Part shown: piece by piece, positions 61,755 through 64,000 of the stretch | How the letters are laid out: the number at the start of each line of letters is the position of its first letter | Numbering within the stretch: the stretch's first letter is position 1 | From: an uncultured delta proteobacterium | GTDB lineage: Bacteria > Myxococcota_A > UBA9160 > SZUA-336 | Length of the DNA: 64,000 bases | NCBI GenBank assembly: GCA_963704165.1 | Contig: CAVPHD010000001.1 | Coordinates: 416,001-480,000 of the forward strand | Reading direction: 5' to 3' | Position numbers and translations under genes: made by a program | Notes under the pieces: generated by a model | The model's database searches: none | What the model saw: only the letters and a program-made list of their open reading frames with translations | Told to the model about the DNA's origin: nothing

Positions 61755-62316
61755 CCAGGATCGACAAGAATGGACCCCATGCGGGGTGCGTTAGTCCTGG
61801 GGGGACCATACCTACGATCGGTGTCCAGCGCGGACGTTGCGGCGCTCGATAGAGCCGCATCCGTGCCTGCCGAGGCGTGCGCCCGCCCTTGTGGCGATTG
61901 CAATCCAAGCAGCTGCACACGACGTTTTCCCATGTCGTTCGCCCCCCCTGCGAGCGCGGGATTACGTGATCCAAGTTGAGCTCGGCGCGCGTCTTCCGGT
62001 GGCCGCAATATTGACACGTATTGCGATCGCGCGCGTATATATTCGTCCGGCTGAAGCGCACGTGTCGCCGCGGAACGCGATCGAAGAGCGCGAGCTGAAC
62101 GACACGAGGGATGCGAATCGGCCCACCGACGGTGCCGACCGACTCGTCGGAGTCTCGCACGCTGAGCTCCCGCCAGGATTCGAAGTCGAACGTGTCGTAG
62201 CGCTCATCGACCGCCTTTGCGACGCCCTGATAGAGCAGAATGAAGGCCCGGCGAGCAGAGGTGACGTGGACCGGTAGGAAACACCGGTTCAGCACCAGGA
62301 CGGCCGCGTCCAGCAT
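61717..62316 (-). CDS. HNH endonuclease (McrA-like)
   Basis: VLVLN, R.NIYARD..TCQYC, LDHVIPRSQGG.TTWENVVCSC..CN..K. Confidence 0.92.
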   Translation of the reverse strand: MLDAAVLVLNRCFLPVHVTSARRAFILLYQGVAKAVDERYDTFDFESWRELSVRDSDESVGTVGGPIRIPRVVQLALFDRVPRRHVRFSRTNIYARDRNTCQYCGHRKTRAELNLDHVIPRSQGGRTTWENVVCSCLDCNRHKGGRTPRQARMRLYRAPQRPRWTPIVGMVPPGLTHPAWGPFLSILDATDRNTELAER

Positions 62317-62325
62317 GGCCGTACC

Positions 62326-63735
62326 TTAGCCAGAACGGCGAGACGCATCAACGCGGGTTTGGGCGACACGTGCCGCGATCACGGCAAAATCCTCGTCGGC
62401 GAGCGTGCGCGGGTCGAAGAGCAGGGCGTCGCGATGTATGCGGGTGAGAATGGGCGGGTCACCCACGCGCAGCCGACGGGCGGCTTCGTCGGGCGCGCAG
62501 CCGGGGACGATGCGTACGATCGCGCCGGGGAGCTCGAGCTCGGGAAGTGAGCCACCACCGACAGGAGAACGCCCGGTCTCGACGCTGACGTGCGGCACTC
62601 CGGCTTCTCTAAACCGTTCGGCCAGCACCGTCGCGCGCGCGTGTAGCTCATCCGGTGATGCGCAGAGCATCGCGAGCACGGGGATCTCCCCGGCGCGGCC
62701 GTCGGCGAGCGCGCGCAGCGTCCAGTGCAGCGCCGCGAGCGTCAGCTTGTCCACTCTCAGGGCACGCGCGAGCGGGCTCTTCTTCATGCGCGCGACGAGC
62801 TCGCGCTTGCCGAGCACGATTCCCGCCTGTGGCCCGCCCAAGAGCTTGTCCGCGCTGAAGAGCACGAGGTCCGCACCGTTGCGCAGACCTGCGGACACGT
62901 CGGAGTCGGGAATTCCGGACGGGCCAAGATCCTCGAAGCTTCCGCTGCCACGGTCCTCGACCAGCGGCAGCCCCGTCTCCGCCGCGAGCGCCGACAGCTC
63001 GGCGACTCCGACGTCGCTGGTGAAGCCCTCGATCCGGAAGTTGCTGCGGTGAACCTTCAGAAGCAGTCCGGTATCCGGGCGGATCGCGTCGCGATAGTCG
63101 CGCAGGTGCGTGCGGTTGGTCGTACCGACCTCGCGCAGGCGCGCGCGGCTGGCGGCCATGATCTCCGGCACACGAAACGAGCCGCCGATCTCGACGAGCT
63201 CGCCTCGCGAGACGATCACCTCCCGGCCCGCGGCAAGCGTATCGACCGCCAGGAACAGGGCCGCCGCGGTGTTGTTCACGACGTGTGCGGCCTCTGCGCC
63301 CGAGAGCAGGCAGAGCATCTCGGCAGCTCGGGTCGTGCGCGAGCCTCGCTGCCCGGTCTCGAGGTCGAGCTCGAGATCGCTGTATCCGGAGGCCGCCGCG
63401 ACCAGCTCGTCGAGCGCGCCGCGGGCAAGCGGCGCCCGGCCGAGATTCGTATGGAGGACGATTCCCGTCGCGTTCAGCACCCGTCGCGGACAGGGGGTCT
63501 CGAGGCGGCGTGCCTTCTCGCCGACCATCTCCGTGAGCGCTCCGAGATCGCTCCGGACCGTCGCCGCCCCCGCCCCCAGCGCCACGCGCGTCTCCTCCAG
63601 AACCGCGCGCGCCGCCGCGAGCAGGCTCCAGCGCGAAAGTCCGGACCCCGAAGCGGCCGCCTCGACCAAGCGATCGACGGCCGGGAGTGCGCGAAGCCGT
63701 GCATTGACCGCCCGAGCGCCTTGATCTACGGTCAC
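62326..63735 (-). CDS. selA: L-seryl-tRNA(Sec) selenium transferase
   Basis: NATG.VLHTNLGRA, VVNN.AAA, SRGELVEIGGSFR, EVGTTNRT, KVH.SNF, DKLLGGPQAG; start approximate. Confidence 0.95.
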   Translation of the reverse strand: MTVDQGARAVNARLRALPAVDRLVEAAASGSGLSRWSLLAAARAVLEETRVALGAGAATVRSDLGALTEMVGEKARRLETPCPRRVLNATGIVLHTNLGRAPLARGALDELVAAASGYSDLELDLETGQRGSRTTRAAEMLCLLSGAEAAHVVNNTAAALFLAVDTLAAGREVIVSRGELVEIGGSFRVPEIMAASRARLREVGTTNRTHLRDYRDAIRPDTGLLLKVHRSNFRIEGFTSDVGVAELSALAAETGLPLVEDRGSGSFEDLGPSGIPDSDVSAGLRNGADLVLFSADKLLGGPQAGIVLGKRELVARMKKSPLARALRVDKLTLAALHWTLRALADGRAGEIPVLAMLCASPDELHARATVLAERFREAGVPHVSVETGRSPVGGGSLPELELPGAIVRIVPGCAPDEAARRLRVGDPPILTRIHRDALLFDPRTLADEDFAVIAARVAQTRVDASRRSG

Positions 63736-64000
63736 GAAAGACCTCCGTCGTACGGTGAATCCGATCGAGTGTGTCGAGGTTCCCCGCTCGGGGGCTGCTG
63801 GATGCGGGAGGACGTGTTGGGCCAAGCGACATTGCCCCGCGTCACCCTTGTCCTCCCGGACGTCATTTCGTCCGTTCTTCCAATTATCACGGTACGCCCG
63901 ATTTGCGTCCCGGAGCCAGCCGCTCGCCCGCGTATTCCGCGGAACGGCCTGACCGGGATCCCGCGGGCGTCCTCCGAAGGGATCTTCCATGAGAAACGAA

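Noticed and set aside
61717..62316. HNH nuclease as a defence system or homing element
   Set aside because: Common stand-alone McrA-like family in a housekeeping context; no methylase, intron, repeats or IS ends seen
63900..63990. GGAAGATC on the minus strand upstream of selA, resembling the start of tRNA-Sec
   Set aside because: No TCA anticodon loop, T-loop or closing acceptor stem

Overview
A high-GC bacterial chromosomal segment of mostly core genes. Myxococcota/deltaproteobacterial affinity is inferred from gene order, a RomX-like protein and an ExeA/ExeB pair. It carries pdxT, aroB, a hopanoid-type lipid export trio (MlaA-like, HpnM, HpnN), rplU-rpmA-obgE-proB-proA-nadD-rsfS-gpmI-comF, trxB-greA, nadA and tRNA-Pro(CGG). 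It also carries rpsU-dnaG-rpoD, rpmE-prfA-prmC-murA-hisD-hisB-hisH-(lipoprotein)-hisA-hisF, and selA-HNH-MinD-like-J/HTH-romX-rluD-pgeF. No rRNA, CRISPR array, transposase, integrase or prophage was seen. Six genes carry about ten single-base frameshifts that look like long-read errors. The best leads are: (1) a promoter plus structured RNA at 16.35-16.49 kb with no downstream ORF, a candidate sRNA; (2) a romX-linked cassette with a MinD-like ATPase and an HPD-less J/HTH protein; (3) a PAS-DHp-REC protein with no ATPase domain; (4) a lipoprotein built from tandem STN-like domains; (5) two apparent pseudo-proteases; (6) a type II pantothenate kinase; (7) structured leaders of rpsU and selA; (8) a recurrent leaderless-type TAnnnT-N6-10-start signature. 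All calls come from motif recognition by eye, and no database searches were run.
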